This document shows, in pieces, positions 12,950 to 25,408 of a stretch of 58,304 bases of DNA. Origin of the DNA: Phoronis australis. Its lineage: Eukaryota > Animalia > Phoronida. Location: NCBI GenBank assembly GCA_002633005.1, contig NMRA01000629.1, forward strand, positions 182,535-240,838, in the 5' to 3' direction. The first letter of the stretch is position 1; every line of letters begins with the position of its first letter. Under the pieces are notes generated by a model that was not told the origin of the DNA, ran no database searches, and saw only the letters and a program-made list of their open reading frames with translations. Both the position numbers and the translations under genes were made by a program.

Positions 12950-13859
12950 ATATGGATAACTTAGCAAGAAACGATAGGCGCCCACGGTTTCCATTATCCC
13001 TTTAGTTCATTTGGATTTGTTTGCTTTTGAATATACTTCTCAGGGGTGAAATTTATTTTCAAATAAAAATTATATGTTAAACTACAAGTGGTTTTATATG
13101 GGTGTGTCATTAGCCGAGGTTGAATGCGCCGTGTGAGATAATTAATAACCAAGGGTTTGTCGGAAGGATCCTATGCAAAACTTTGTATTGAAACTGACAT
13201 ATTTTTGTATCGTGTACGCTTAAAATAGGTATTTTGTAAAAGTTCCTCCATATCCAAAGATCAAAAATGTATCCTACATCCTCGAAATTCTTCTAAGCAG
13301 TAGGTTTCAGAGAATTCTTAATGCATTATAAATACGTTTACATCCACGAAGATCAACAAGTAGTATAGACAATGAAAACGGAATAATTGGCCAGTCAACA
13401 TTTTCAATTTGTAATTCGGATATTTTTTTAAGAAAGGACTTTAATGAAGTGACCAAATAACGGTATCGGAAAAATCGTCTTTTATGAAAGGAATGAACCA
13501 TTACTATCCAAATTGTCGTTCAAATCAAAATATATTTTCTTTAAAAAGGGTTCCACGCAAAAAGGTTGCTCACATACACGAATTTTATTGTTGTGTGAAA
13601 CATTTTCATAAATTCTGAATTCCTGCTTGTCAACATCATCACACTGTTTTCTAGCTAAAGATGTCAAATGTTATAAACATTCACGCTAAAATTTGTTATT
13701 AACATCCAATTTGTCAGTCAAGAAAAAAACTCCGTGTTTTAAAATTTCATTCTTTGCGATAGCAAACTCCGCATGAACAATTTGTGTACACTTCGATTGA
13801 GAAGTAAAAAGTCTCCTTGTACACGAAAGTTTAAGAGTTACATAAAATGTTTCATATTA
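12950..13859 (-). mobile_element. Tx1/L1-clade LINE ORF2, 3' portion (split by Academ insertion)
   Basis: The minus frame resumes INMKHF... directly after ...KSIEDGCIM, which lies on the far side of the Academ element. Degenerate, AT-rich, L1-type C-terminal region. Confidence 0.55.
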
Positions 13860-14559
13860 ATTAATGAGTCAATGTACCACCTGACCCACAACAAATTGCA
13901 ACAAAAGGTTTTGCAGTGGTTTTATGCCCTGCTGCGTATCCTTATTAACAGGAAAAAAGTCTACCAAAATCTGACCACAGGAAATGGGTTAAAACTGCGT
14001 CATTTCAAAGATGGCCGCCACGACGTTTCAAAATCACCAAAAATACTAATAATTTCCTCAATAATTGAGATAGAGACATAATTTTTGTTTCTAGTCTATG
14101 GTTTTAAGGCGTGCGCAACTCGCTGGTGTGGTTAAAACTAAGATATGATTAGTATTTGATATGAAATTCAAGATGGCGGCTAAATTCAAGACCAGGAATC
14201 ACTGATTTTCAATTCATCAATTATAACGAAAGTATGATTAGACATGACTGGTTTCTGATTGAATGATCTTAAAACATTTAGATTTGACTGATTTCTGACT
14301 GAAATACTGTAAAATACGAACATCGCATTAATATTTAATCCAAAGCATTGGCTTGCATAAAAGTAACAAAAAATTGCCTAGACTTGTATATTTGGTTACT
14401 ACTGGTTTTCACTTAAAAAAACACTAGGAAACTAGAAGCCCAAGGCAAAATGTCAACATCTGTCTGAAGTGCCCCACAATCAACCGCAATTACGCAGATC
14501 ATCGACAATCTTGAGAAGAAGTCTGTGGCTGGTCTGAAGATGCTTCATACTGCTCAGGC

Positions 14560-16680
14560 AATGATCAAGGCAGATCGCACTCGGTCTTGGATGATCACTT
14601 GCCAGCTGTTGGTGATGCCTTGTCAATAATTGCTGCAGCTGGACACCACAACTACCTGAAATCTGCTTACCTCTACATACAAGAAATGGCTGATATGGAG
14701 AGCAAACACCCAGATGTGTGTGTATGCGAAGTTTCAAAAATGGCTTTTGCACGATTCGGCGAACAAACCAGTTTTGGGCAGGTCTCAGCTTTGATCTAGC
14801 CATTGAGAAAAATTACTAAATGCGATCGCTAAAAGGCACAGGCGGCTTGACTCTTGGCAGTAAGAAGACAGAGGAGCGGCAAGCATTGTGGACAATGTTA
14901 GTCACCGTAACGTCAGAGGCGAACATCACCTTGCAGGACTCCAGTGACCTCACGTACTCAACAAGCGAACAACACAAACAGGCAACTGCAGCCAGAATTG
15001 AAAGAGATGCATGCGACTTTGCAACGATAAGCACAAAGCTGGCCGCATTTTCACCCTTCTCCTCGGACCCTGCGCTACGCAATGTCATCAATGGTGTTGT
15101 CGCCAACGCAAATGTCAACGTGCATGGATGTCAATCTGTTGGGAACAAAACCATTGAGAGAATGGTTCGACAAACTGTGTTTTCTTTCTCTTTTAAGAAG
15201 AGAGAGAGAGAATGCTAAGACCTTGGGAAATGCAGCTGCAGTCCAGGTTGGTCCTGACGGAACCATCGATCCTTGCTTACTCTTCCAGCCATCCCAAGTG
15301 GTATTCCGGTAAGACGAATTGTCTCTTGAGGCAGTTTTGAGTTTCGAGCTCAGTCCACACCCAGAGTCTCTCTATGAGAACAACCTGATCTTGAAGAAGG
15401 CTGACAGACTTCAACTTGCTCAAGCCGTTCATGACCGCTGTTCCAAGGCCCGTGCTTTTGAAGGAGCACCAAATTCCACACCTTCAGCACGTCTCCAAAC
15501 TGAAAGGTATGCGCCTGATGGGGGATCTTTTCTTCACAAGCTCAAATGGTAAAAGATATATACCTATGGAAAAATTGTTAGAGCATACGCTGACTTCACG
15601 GCAAAGCACCCTGAGGCAGCCACTGTTGTCTTTGATGGTTATGTTGCAAGTCCTTCGATAAAGGATAACACAAAGACGGAGACAGACCAACAGCTATCCG
15701 ACTTTGAACTTCACCGGAGAAACGGACTTTGATGGTTAAGAGAGATGAATTCATATCCACTGGCAGTAACAAGCAACAACTGATCGCCTTAATAAGTGAC
15801 CAGCTGCAGAAAGTGGGATGCTCAGCCGTTCAGGCAGAAGGGGACGCTGATGTGGTCATTGCAAAGACAGCAGTAAACAGTATAATAGGCATTCCACCAC
15901 AGTAATCGGCAAGAACACTGACTAGTTGATGCTTATGCTCCATTACTGTATGGCTGACGGGAAATCACTATTTTTCAGATATGGGTACAAGTCAAGAACC
16001 AATCTTAAAATATTCGACATAGATTGGATGAGGTGTGTGCTCGGGATTAAATTGTGTACCCAGCTACTATTCCTGTCCTATTTACAGGACGCAATGCAAC
16101 GTCTCGTGTATATGGCATTGGGAAGACTTCAGTCTCTCAGAAACTCGTGAAATATGACCAAGTCCTCCACTCATGCGCAGACACATTCACCATGGATGGT
16201 GTGAGCCCACCTGAGAGAAACTTGGCAGCCAAGCGATGGTGGCAATGTTTGGTGGAGAGAGCACGTGTTCTCTGGTTTGCTGTTTATTACAAAATATTCA
16301 CGAAGAAGCTTGCTGCTGCTAAGTCTTTCGCTACTCCCGAACGTCTTCCACCAACGGAATTAGCCACCAGGTTTCATTGTCTCGAGTGTACTACCAGGTC
16401 ATGGTTTGGATGGATATGCCAAATGACCGGGATCCTTTAGACTGGGGCTGGAGACTTGAAGACAATCAATTCGTACACATCATAACTGCCATGAATGCTG
16501 CACCAGACACTCCTCTAGATGATACACTGCAACCGTACTACAGCTGGTAGCACGCCCCGGTGCAGTTGCAGAAAGAATGGGCTTGCATGTACATCTACAT
16601 GTAGATTGTGCCTAGCGACATAATGTGACAATCCACTAAATCAAATTTCTGAGGAACGTGAAGACAGGGATGAGGGTTGA
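14560..16680 (+). pseudogene. Academ transposase (DDE + XPG-like + Cys-rich tail), frameshifted
   Basis: AAAGHHNYLKSAYLY, MRSLKGTGGLT, TSEQHK...ARIERD, IDPCLLFQ, FELSPHP, TGRNATSRVYGIGK, PERLPPT and a C-terminal RCSCRKNGLACT occur in the order expected for Academ. Confidence 0.85.
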
Positions 16681-17403
16681 CCTGAGGCAGCATGCATACG
16701 TGTAATGAACATAACATTCTTGGATGAAAATGTAATCTACTCGTTCACGCGTCAAGTCTATGAATGAATACTTTATTAGCACCTGTTGTTCAGTCATTTT
16801 AATACTCACAGATGCCTTTTAGTAAAGGGGAATTTTTTCAGGCTTAAGTTATTGAGATAATACAACCTGTACCTTGGTACACATTCTCTGTCAGTGCATT
16901 CCAAACACTGTAGTTCATTAGATTCCAGTCAGGACTTTTGTGTAAAGCATGTTCAAGTTAGCTCGTTCTCAGGACTTGAAAACACTATGACTTTGGAAAA
17001 TGTAACATCCAACTGACTATAACAAAACCCTTGAAAACATACTTCTGAATAAATTTATTGCATAGTGTCACCATTATTGATAATAACACTTTGTATAATT
17101 ATGTAGGCTAATTTGGCATTGACTTTTTTGGGTTATAAAAGTATCTTTTCTGTTTGTCTCTCCCTAATTTTGTGTTTTATGCACTCGTAACCTGGTTTCT
17201 GCACTTTAATTGCTATCAAGCCAAAAAAGACTTTTGTTTTGTGGAGGTGCTCTTTGGTGAGTTAAGTCCCATGCGTTTGTCTATTAGCTGTTACGGCAAA
17301 CTTTGAGCTGTCGCTCTGTCATTGCTGAAAGAGTGGTCGGACATTTTGATATTCTCGACCTACATCGATTGTGAAGCTACTGTTACGTAATTGATGTCTC
17401 ACC

Positions 17404-18111
17404 ATGCCTCCCAAGAACACTCCAACCAGTAGTAGGCCACAAACCCGGGGGATCACGTCTTATCTAACTCAACCGGACCCCTCTACGTCTGACATTTCTA
17501 ACAGGGAGCTATTGAAACTTTTGAATGATAAATTTGAGAACTTGAAATCAGATGTATTTAAAGAAATTGATGCTCTGCGACAAGACTACTACGCAACACG
17601 AGAGGAAAATCGTCGTCTACATGAAAAAGTGAAATACCTTGAGTCTAAATTAGACGACCTAGAGAATCGATCAAGACGCGACAACTTGATATTTCATTGC
17701 ATACCGGAGGAGAATCACGAATCGTGGGAACAGTCTGAGTCCAAAGTTACCGACTTTTTGAAGGACTGCCTGGATGTTGATAGTGTCATAATCGAACGAG
17801 CTCACAGACTTGGCCGCAAAACTGCAAACAAGCATCGCCCGATAATCGCAAAAATGAGGTCTAAAGATAAAGACAAGGTTCTACAGAATAAGAACAATAA
17901 CACTGATATCTTCGTCACTCAGGACTTCTCCGCACCTGTGAAGAAGGCGAGGCGGCGTCTGTATGAATTCTCACGTGGTAAGAACTGGACAAATGCAAAG
18001 ATTAAGTACGACAAATTAATATATCAAGGTCTTGTTTATGTGTACAATGTCGAATCAGATGAGGTGATGGAGCACAAGCCCATGGTTATGGTTTCTGGAC
18101 AACCCCCGTAA
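17404..18111 (+). CDS. LINE ORF1 protein (coiled coil + RRM, L1-ORF1-like), intact
   Basis: 235-aa open frame: coiled coil, then LENRSRRDNLIFHCIPE, IERAHRLG, RPIIAK, IFVTQDFS and DKLIY. Confidence 0.85.
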   Translation: MPPKNTPTSSRPQTRGITSYLTQPDPSTSDISNRELLKLLNDKFENLKSDVFKEIDALRQDYYATREENRRLHEKVKYLESKLDDLENRSRRDNLIFHCIPEENHESWEQSESKVTDFLKDCLDVDSVIIERAHRLGRKTANKHRPIIAKMRSKDKDKVLQNKNNNTDIFVTQDFSAPVKKARRRLYEFSRGKNWTNAKIKYDKLIYQGLVYVYNVESDEVMEHKPMVMVSGQPP

Positions 18112-18182
18112 CTGGTGTTTACGGACCTGAAGTGAATGGCGCAGCAGGTTACTAGCGGTCAGGCCATGGCCCTACACTTTCA

Positions 18183-20501
18183 ATGGTTTCTTGGAATGCA
18201 CAAGGATTAGAAAATAAAATAGTTAGGGACGAAATCCAAATGTACTTATCTACTTGCGACATAATTTCTATCTGTGAAACATGGGCAAAACGCTCAGATC
18301 AATTTGAGCTGTCAGGCTATGACTCGTTTAATCTATGTTACAATAAGAAAAAAAGAAAAGGTAGATACATGTACAGTGTACTCTGGAGGCGTTAGTATTT
18401 TCATTAAACAGTCAATTTCTAAACATTTCAGACGCATACATTCACAGTTTTCCTTTGGTATCTGTTTGAAATGTGAGAGTTAACTATTTGGTGTTGTTCA
18501 GGATGTTTTGATGTTCTTTGTTTACTTTACCCCCTGAAGGTTCAAGTTCATATTTTAATGGCACAGGTTCACCAGAGAACAGCGGTGTATTATTGTTGCA
18601 TAGAGAGATTACCAACTTGACTGATCTTTTCAGTGATTGTACGTTGGCTATTGTGGGCGATCTCAATGCCAGAACAGGGAATGTGGTAGACTTCATTTTA
18701 GATGATAGCCCAAAATATTTGCCATGCCAGGATACATTTAATTTGCCTAGGAATTCTAAACAATTTCGGTAAAACTCTCATTGAGTTATGTCACGAACTT
18801 AGTATTCATATTGTCAACGGTCGTTTCCCCGGTGACACTAGGGGTGAGTTTACCTGTCTGTCGGGAGGTGGACATAGTTTAGTGGATTATGTATTATTAT
18901 CTACACAACTGTTTGATTTAGTAGAGGATTTTTTTGTGGATGAATGGGATGAATCTGATCATCTGCCAGTTATTTGTAAGTTTAGGTGTAGCAGGTCAGA
19001 TATCAACCCTCCTGTGGTTCCATTGTTACACCCGCATAGCCGGATTCAATGGGAAAGCTCTAATGCACAGGCATTCTCTCATGTTTTTTCAACTGGTGCT
19101 GAGAATTGTACGGCGGCCGTGGATAGCTCGGTGGCTAGTGGCAATCTAGATAATGCGGTCAGATCCATAACAGATTTGCTGTGGCAGTCGGCCGTATCTA
19201 CCATGAAAACTCGTACATCTACGAATAGTAAGACTAAAGTAAATCGAAACTCTCGGACAAAGCAGCCACCCTGGTGGGATGATGAATTGGCTTCGGCCAA
19301 ACGAGCAAAAATATGGTCTTTAAAACTGTTTCGTAAAAACTCTTCTGTCTTTTACCTTAACATGTACAAAGTAAAACAGAAAGCTTTCCGTGATCTGTTT
19401 AAACAGAAAGAGAAAGCATATGAAGCCCGACTTACTGAAGTCATTAAACGTTCCAAAAATAACCCTAAGGAGTTCTGGCAAATAATTAAATCCAATATTT
19501 GGACATCCCGTGTGTCTTCTACAATTAGCCCGCAGAAACGGCNNNNNNNNNNNNNNNNNNNNNNNNNNNNNNNNNNNNNNNNNNNNNNNNNNNNNNNNNN
19601 NNNNNNNNNNNNNNNNNNNNNNNNNNNNNNNNNNNNNNNNNNNNNNNNNNNNNNNNNNNNNNNNNNNNNNNNNNNNNNNNNNNNNNNNNNNNNNNNNNNN
19701 NNNNNNNNNNNNNNNNNNNNNNNNNNNNNNNNNNNNNNNNNNNNNNNNNNNNNNNNNNNNNNNNNNNNNNNNNNNNNNNNNNNNNNNNNNNNNNNNNNNN
19801 NNNNNNNNNNNNNNNNNNNNNNNNNNNNNNNNNNNNNNNNNNNNNNNNNNNNNNNNNNNNNNNNNNNNNNNNNNNNNNNNNNNNNNNNNNNNNNNNNNNN
19901 NNNNNNNNNNNNNNNNNNNNNNNNNNNNNNNNNNNNNNNNNNNNNNNNNNNNNNNNNNNNNNNNNNNNTGTCTGTGTATGGTTTTTCAGAAGTATGGATT
20001 AATCAGGGTGTGGTAAATCAAGCGTATTTCTTGACTGTTTTTTCTCAACGTGTCAACGACTGTTATTTGCAAGGTTGGCAATCTGATATCGAATGTAACG
20101 CAAAACTGCCTTACTATGTGGGGTACAAAACAATGTATCATCTTGAGAATTATCTAGAAATGGTTGGTATCCCACGTGTTTTTATCCAGTCTCTGGCTCG
20201 ATTGCGATGTTCAAATCATTCGTTACTAGTGGAAAGAGGTCGCCACACAAATATTCCCTATGAAAACAGGTTGTGTGAGTTATGTAATTCTGGGTGTGTA
20301 GAGGACGAATACCCCGTTGTGTTGGTTTGTAGTGCGTACCAAGACCTTCGGGTTAAGTACTTAAGTGATCTTTTTTGTCATTCTTCCACGACATCTAAAT
20401 TTGATTCTCTCATGAGAACTCCAGATAGCCTACTTATTAAATTCGTCCATCACGCTCTCAAGCGTCATAATGTATTATCCGGTTTGAAACGTGCCACCTA
20501 A
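18183..20501 (+). pseudogene. LINE ORF2 (APE endonuclease-RT), frameshifted; RT core lies in the N gap
   Basis: VSWNAQGL, ICETW, SGGVSIFIK, VGDLNARTG, VNGRF..D..GEFT, SLVDY and SDHLPV (APE endonuclease); WWDDE and KEFW; C-terminal RLRCSNHSLLVERGRH...CELC...EDEY...C. Confidence 0.85.
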
Positions 20502-21062
20502 CAATGTTCTGTCTTGTACATGATATACTTGGGGCCTATGGCCATGTGTATGTGTCTCAATAAACTTATATATTTTCTGTCTTGGAACGAAAACACAATG
20601 TATCATTATATTTTTATGGTGTACTGACAATAGATTGATATGCACATGTGTTAAATTTCTTGCAATTTTAATGAATTTTTTTAGAAAAAATAAATGTTAA
20701 AGTTCGAAACGTTTCTTTGACCACCCGATATAATGGACAAATCAGTGATTTTTCGTTCTTGAATTTAGTCGCCATCTTGAATTTCATATCAAATACTGAT
20801 CACGTCTTAATTTTAACCACATCAGCGAGTTGCTCTCCCCGTAAAACCATAGACTAGAATAAAAAATTATGTCTCTATCTCAATTATTGAAGAAATTATA
20901 TCTTGGAATTGACGCAGTGTTAACCCATTTCCGGTGGACAGATTTTGGTAGACTTTTTTGCTGTTAATAAGTATACGCAGTAGAGAACAAAACCCTTGTA
21001 AAACCTTTTGTTGCAATTTGTTGTGGGTCGGGTGGCTATTTGTCATAAATTGACTCGTTCAT

Positions 21063-21680
21063 AATACACCCATCTTCGATGCTTTTTGTCAGTATAGCTT
21101 GCTTAATTTTGTCTGGTCTGCTATTCCAAATAAATCTGAAAATCAAATCGTTCACGTTATTAAAAGGAGATGGACTAGGCAATGGTGATAATAAATGGTT
21201 AATTTTGAAAACAAAACAAGTGTTTTTATAACCGTCATTTTACCAAATATAATGAGATTTCTTTTAGGCCATGTCTTCAGCATGTTTTTAATTTCCACGG
21301 GTTTTAAATCAAAGTTATCATTTACACTGTACCATGTTGTTCAAATTAACAATTCAATCCCAACACCCTAAACTTAGTAACACCCCATTTCGATTTCCAA
21401 CGTCTATAGTGATAAACCTCTTTAGAAAACTTTTTACTCCCAATCTAGATAGCATTTGTTTTGGAATAATTAATATTCAAGCCACAAATATGTACATAGA
21501 ACCCCAATACCTTCACCGTCTCTGCTTTGGAAGCCGGAGAACGATCTAAAATAAATGTTGTATCGTCTAAATACTGAGTGATTTTATGCTCTGTGCCGTC
21601 AATGTTCAACCCCTTTATATATTTATAGTGTTTCACAATAATTGACAAGATATCAGCAAATTAAAGTATAAGGTGATAGA
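21063..21680 (-). mobile_element. Tx1/L1-clade LINE RT fragment (upstream half of the element split by Academ)
   Basis: IKGLNIDGTEHKITQYLDDTTFIL (YADD motif)...GLNINYSKT and FIWNSRPDKIK. Confidence 0.75.
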
Positions 21681-21989
21681 AGATCACCCTGTCTACAACC
21701 TCTGTGTACAGAAAGGTCTTAGTCATTTTGAGTTACGCGTGCGTCTGAGTTATTGTAAAATAACCATATCCACTGCCTGTACGATTCCAATTGAACAAAG
21801 TTGTGAAGATTTGCCTATGTTTAGTGAAACCTTTGAGCTGGCTCGTCCGATGTGTGTAGCGAATACAGAAGCAGGATAGTGAAATACATTGCCTCAGTAG
21901 CCCGACGCCTCAGACTGACGGCTCTCTGTAGCATGGAAAAGCAGGATCAGTAGATAATTTTTACTGGTTTTGACCAGTGAGATCCAAAA

Positions 21990-22440
21990 ATATTTATATA
22001 CATCTGCAGTCCTGAAATTTGTGAACGTAAATGTTCCTTCGGGGTCAGACAAGATGATTTCCACTAACACCGGCTGGATTAACTACTTCCCATACTGATT
22101 TTTATTTGTATCTTCGTTTTTGTGGGTAAATGAAAGTCGTCCTGAATGTAAATGTTATCACTTTTTCAAAAATCAGAGTAGGCCCTATGCTACGTTGTCG
22201 TCGATGACATTAAAATCTTTCTCAGACCCAGTCCTCGCCTTAAAATCACCAGCAGTAAAATTCAACCTTAGATGTTTCAGCTGTATATACCTTAAACTCG
22301 GAAACGTCGTTTTCTAAACTTTCCATATATTTAACCAGTCGCTATAAGGCGAATTGTTGTAAATATACAAAACCTGTAAAAATTTCAGTTCCGAGGTATG
22401 TGTTGCCTATATGCAGATAGACTTTATATTTTGCATTATT
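21990..22440 (-). pseudogene. Degenerate LINE endonuclease fragment
   Basis: AGDFKARTG (GDFNARTG motif) and DPEGTFTF on the minus strand. Confidence 0.4.
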
Positions 22441-22462
22441 ATTCAATCTAGTAAATCCTGGT

Positions 22463-22730
22463 CATGCGCGCACCCAGGGTGGGGCTTGGGGGGGGGGCTC
22501 GTTCAAGCCATCCATTTGGCGAAGTGGATATAAAAGGTCCGCCTCAGAGAAACAAAAAGTCCGAGAAAACGAGACAAAAAGTCCACTAAAAAGGCGCAAA
22601 CGGCACAATTCACAGCTCTGGACGTGGTACAACCTTCTTTCTCTTCTTTAATCTTTGAGCTTTTTTGTCGGTAAAAGGTCCACATCGACAGAAATTCGAG
22701 CCCTCCCATTAAAGGCTGGGTGCGCGCATG
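22463..22730. mobile_element. MITE with CATGCGCGCACCCAG TIRs (copy 2, opposite orientation)
   Basis: Perfect 15-bp TIRs, flanks ctggt/ctggc, homologous to 927-1279. Confidence 0.8.
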
Positions 22731-22961
22731 CTGGCATCGGATCATTTTTCAACAAAATCGTAACATCCCCCCTCGCCCCAATAATTTTCCATGATTGATG
22801 AGAAGCTTCAAACAATCTGTCATACTCCTCATATTGATTGTTGGATTGATTCTAAAAAGCCTATAATATCACACTTAATCTTACAAAAACTCTATGATTT
22901 CACACCACGACGAATTTGCTCGCTACCTGTAAGTCACCAATATTCCAAGATCCTGTTACCA

Positions 22962-23030
22962 CATCGGCGGCTTAACATAAGGGGCTGGGGGCTATAGCCC
23001 CCCACTTATTTCAGTGCTGCGCCGCCCATG
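22962..23030. mobile_element. ~70-bp mini-MITE
   Basis: catcggcggc...gctgcgccgcccatg; same family as 2466, 24843 and 30394. Confidence 0.65.
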
Positions 23031-23231
23031 AGCCAGAGGACTTGTTTAGACACTAGGCCTGCTGACAGTTGAAATATCGAGACCACTGCAATAGTCTGGT
23101 AGGTTTCATCGTCATAAATTTGTACTTTATGATGATCAATCAATTGATCAAAACGTAACCTAGACCAAAATCGGGCTAACTGAAGACAAACATGTTTTAG
23201 CCCAGTTTTCATAAACCTTCTTAAGAATTAA

Positions 23232-24528
23232 AGTCCTGTCTCACGTGTTGTTAACCCTTATTACATGGTTAGAAGATGTTATAAGGATCCAAGAAGTACC
23301 TACCCCATAACTAATACACGATCCGTACTCGAAAACAGTTTAAATGAACGCGCCACTCACGATTCGCACCCGAAGAAACACCGCCATTTTGAACTTGCCG
23401 CGAACCCGGAAGTACAATTCATTCAGGAACCCAGGCCGAGAAAACGCCGTCAGTGCGACTGGAGCAGTGCCTGTACTGTTACCNNNNNNNNNNNNNNNNN
23501 NNNNNNNNNNNNNNNNNNNNNNNNNNNNNNNNNNNNNNNNNNNNNNNNNNNNNNNNNNNNNNNNNNNNNNNNNNNNNNNNNNNNNNNNNNNNNNNNNNNN
23601 NNNNNNNNNNNNNNNNNNNNNNNNNNNNNNNNNNNNNNNNNNNNNNNNNNNNNNNNNNNNNNNNNNNNNNNNNNNNNNNNNNNNNNNNNNNNNNNNNNNN
23701 NNNNNNNNNNNNNNNNNNNNNNNNNNNNNNNNNNNNNNNNNNNNNNNNNNNNNNNNNNNNNNNNNNNNNNNNNNNNNNNNNNNNNNNNNNNNNNNNNNNN
23801 NNNNNNNNNNNNNNNNNNNNNNNNNNNNNNNNNNNNNNNNNNNNNNNNNNNNNNNNNNNNNNNNNNNNNNNNNNNNNNNNNNNNNNNNNNNNNNNNNNNN
23901 NNNNNNNNNNNNNNNNNNNNNNNNNNNNNNNNNNNNNNNNNNNNNNNNNNNNNNNNNNNNNNNNNNNNNNNNNNNNNNNNNNNNNNNNNNNNNNNNNNNN
24001 NNNNNNNNNNNNNNNNNNNNNNNNNNNNNNNNNNNNNNNNNNNNAGGAAAAAAATAAAACCGAAAAAAAATTGGTTCGACCCATATTGGTTCCTAGGTTC
24101 GACCCGCCTACGTAAGGAACTAAACACCAATGCTATTTTAACATACTAAGTACGCGTAACATTCCAAAAAAATCAACGACCACTAACTACAAACTATAAA
24201 TACACTATATATGCAAACGAATCACGATATATTACTAATAAAACAAAATAATGAAGACTTTTCGAGCAAGCCATAGCACATTCAGTTACAAGGAAAAAAT
24301 GGCGGCGTTCAGGACAAGTTCCTGAACTGAGGATCCGGAAATGTGGGTACGGAAATAAAAAATGACAACCGGTAATCATACGCTCAGAGAGAAGGGTCAA
24401 ATGCTGTTAAAAAATCGCTTTTGGCAAGAAAGGCGAAAAGAATATAAAGAAAGGGTGTCGAAAATAAGAATTTATGTAGTAAGTATTTTCGGATACTAGA
24501 ACCACATGGGCAGTTTGCAACAAGGACT
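23232..24528. mobile_element. Non-autonomous Kolobok-type element (family B) with TTAA TSD, spanning an N gap
   Basis: TTAA|agtcctgtctca ... acaaggact|TTAA. Both halves match 49578-50070 and 53928-54103 in reverse complement. Confidence 0.8.
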
Positions 24529-24842
24529 TTAAGACCGAAATAAATCCAAGCATAGAACTCTACCATCACTGTGCAAACTGTTAAGGAACAAATTTTGTTT
24601 ATAGTTTTCACAATCCAATATCTCCAAGCAATGACATTTTGAAAATTGTGTGCTTTCGATTCGAGAATCGGTAGACTTCAATATGGGCTAGACCCGACTG
24701 ATACAGAGAATCCTACACTCCTCTCAGGCAAATGACATGGGCAAAACCTCTTGGAAATATCGTCATAATCCCGAGGCTTGCCACTGTGCTCTCTAATTCC
24801 CACAAATTTTTCGTACAGCAATCCACTTCACGTTCTAATATT

Positions 24843-24906
24843 TATGGGCGGTGCACCATAGGGGGTCTGGGGGCTAACCCCCCCTTTCACTTCTGCGCCG
24901 CCCATG
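24843..24906. mobile_element. ~65-bp mini-MITE
   Basis: tatgggcggtgca...tgcgccgcccatg TIRs. Confidence 0.65.
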
Positions 24907-25408
24907 CTATTATGGGAATAGTACCAAGATAATTTGATTGAGGACTTTGTTCACTACTACTAAACGCCTGAAACGTACATCATGACTAAATATGTACGTA
25001 CGTGTAAATTTGAAGTACGGTAATACAGACACATTGCGTGTATGTACTTCGTGGTATTAGACCTACAACCATCACACTTGTGTATGGCGAACTAACTATA
25101 AAAAGGGAAGTTCACCAAAAACGGATATGCAATATTTAAGAACAAAAAATTGGATGACAATAACAAATAATACTCAAAAAGCATTGATAACATCACAACT
25201 CTTATGCGATATATTTGTTTCCTAACTCTAGCGTAAACGAAGTGAAAACTAATTCCCGTACACCAGCTGGTACCCGTGTGAACCCAAATCACCTAGCAAC
25301 AAGATACCGCCGCTATGCAATAGCGGAGTTGCGGATGTCCGGATATTAGTCAGTGCAAAACCTGCTAAGACAGACAGAGGTGAGATTCACATTTTCAAGA
25401 GAACTGTG

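Larger units (their letters stand above)
17154..20568 (+). mobile_element. Two-ORF LINE (RTE-X-like), probably full length, inserted in Academ
   Basis: Candidate 12-bp TSD tatcttttctgt (17142-17153) / tatattttctgt (20569-20580). AATAAA at ~20559. Both ORF1 and ORF2 are present. Confidence 0.8.
13860..21062 (+). mobile_element. Academ DNA transposon (5'-deleted transposase) with long TIRs, interrupted by a LINE
   Basis: ~300-bp imperfect TIRs: ccacctgacccacaacaaattgcaacaaaagg (13877) versus ccttttgttgcaatttgttgtgggtcgggtgg (~21004-21035). Exact termini and TSD are not resolved. Confidence 0.85.
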
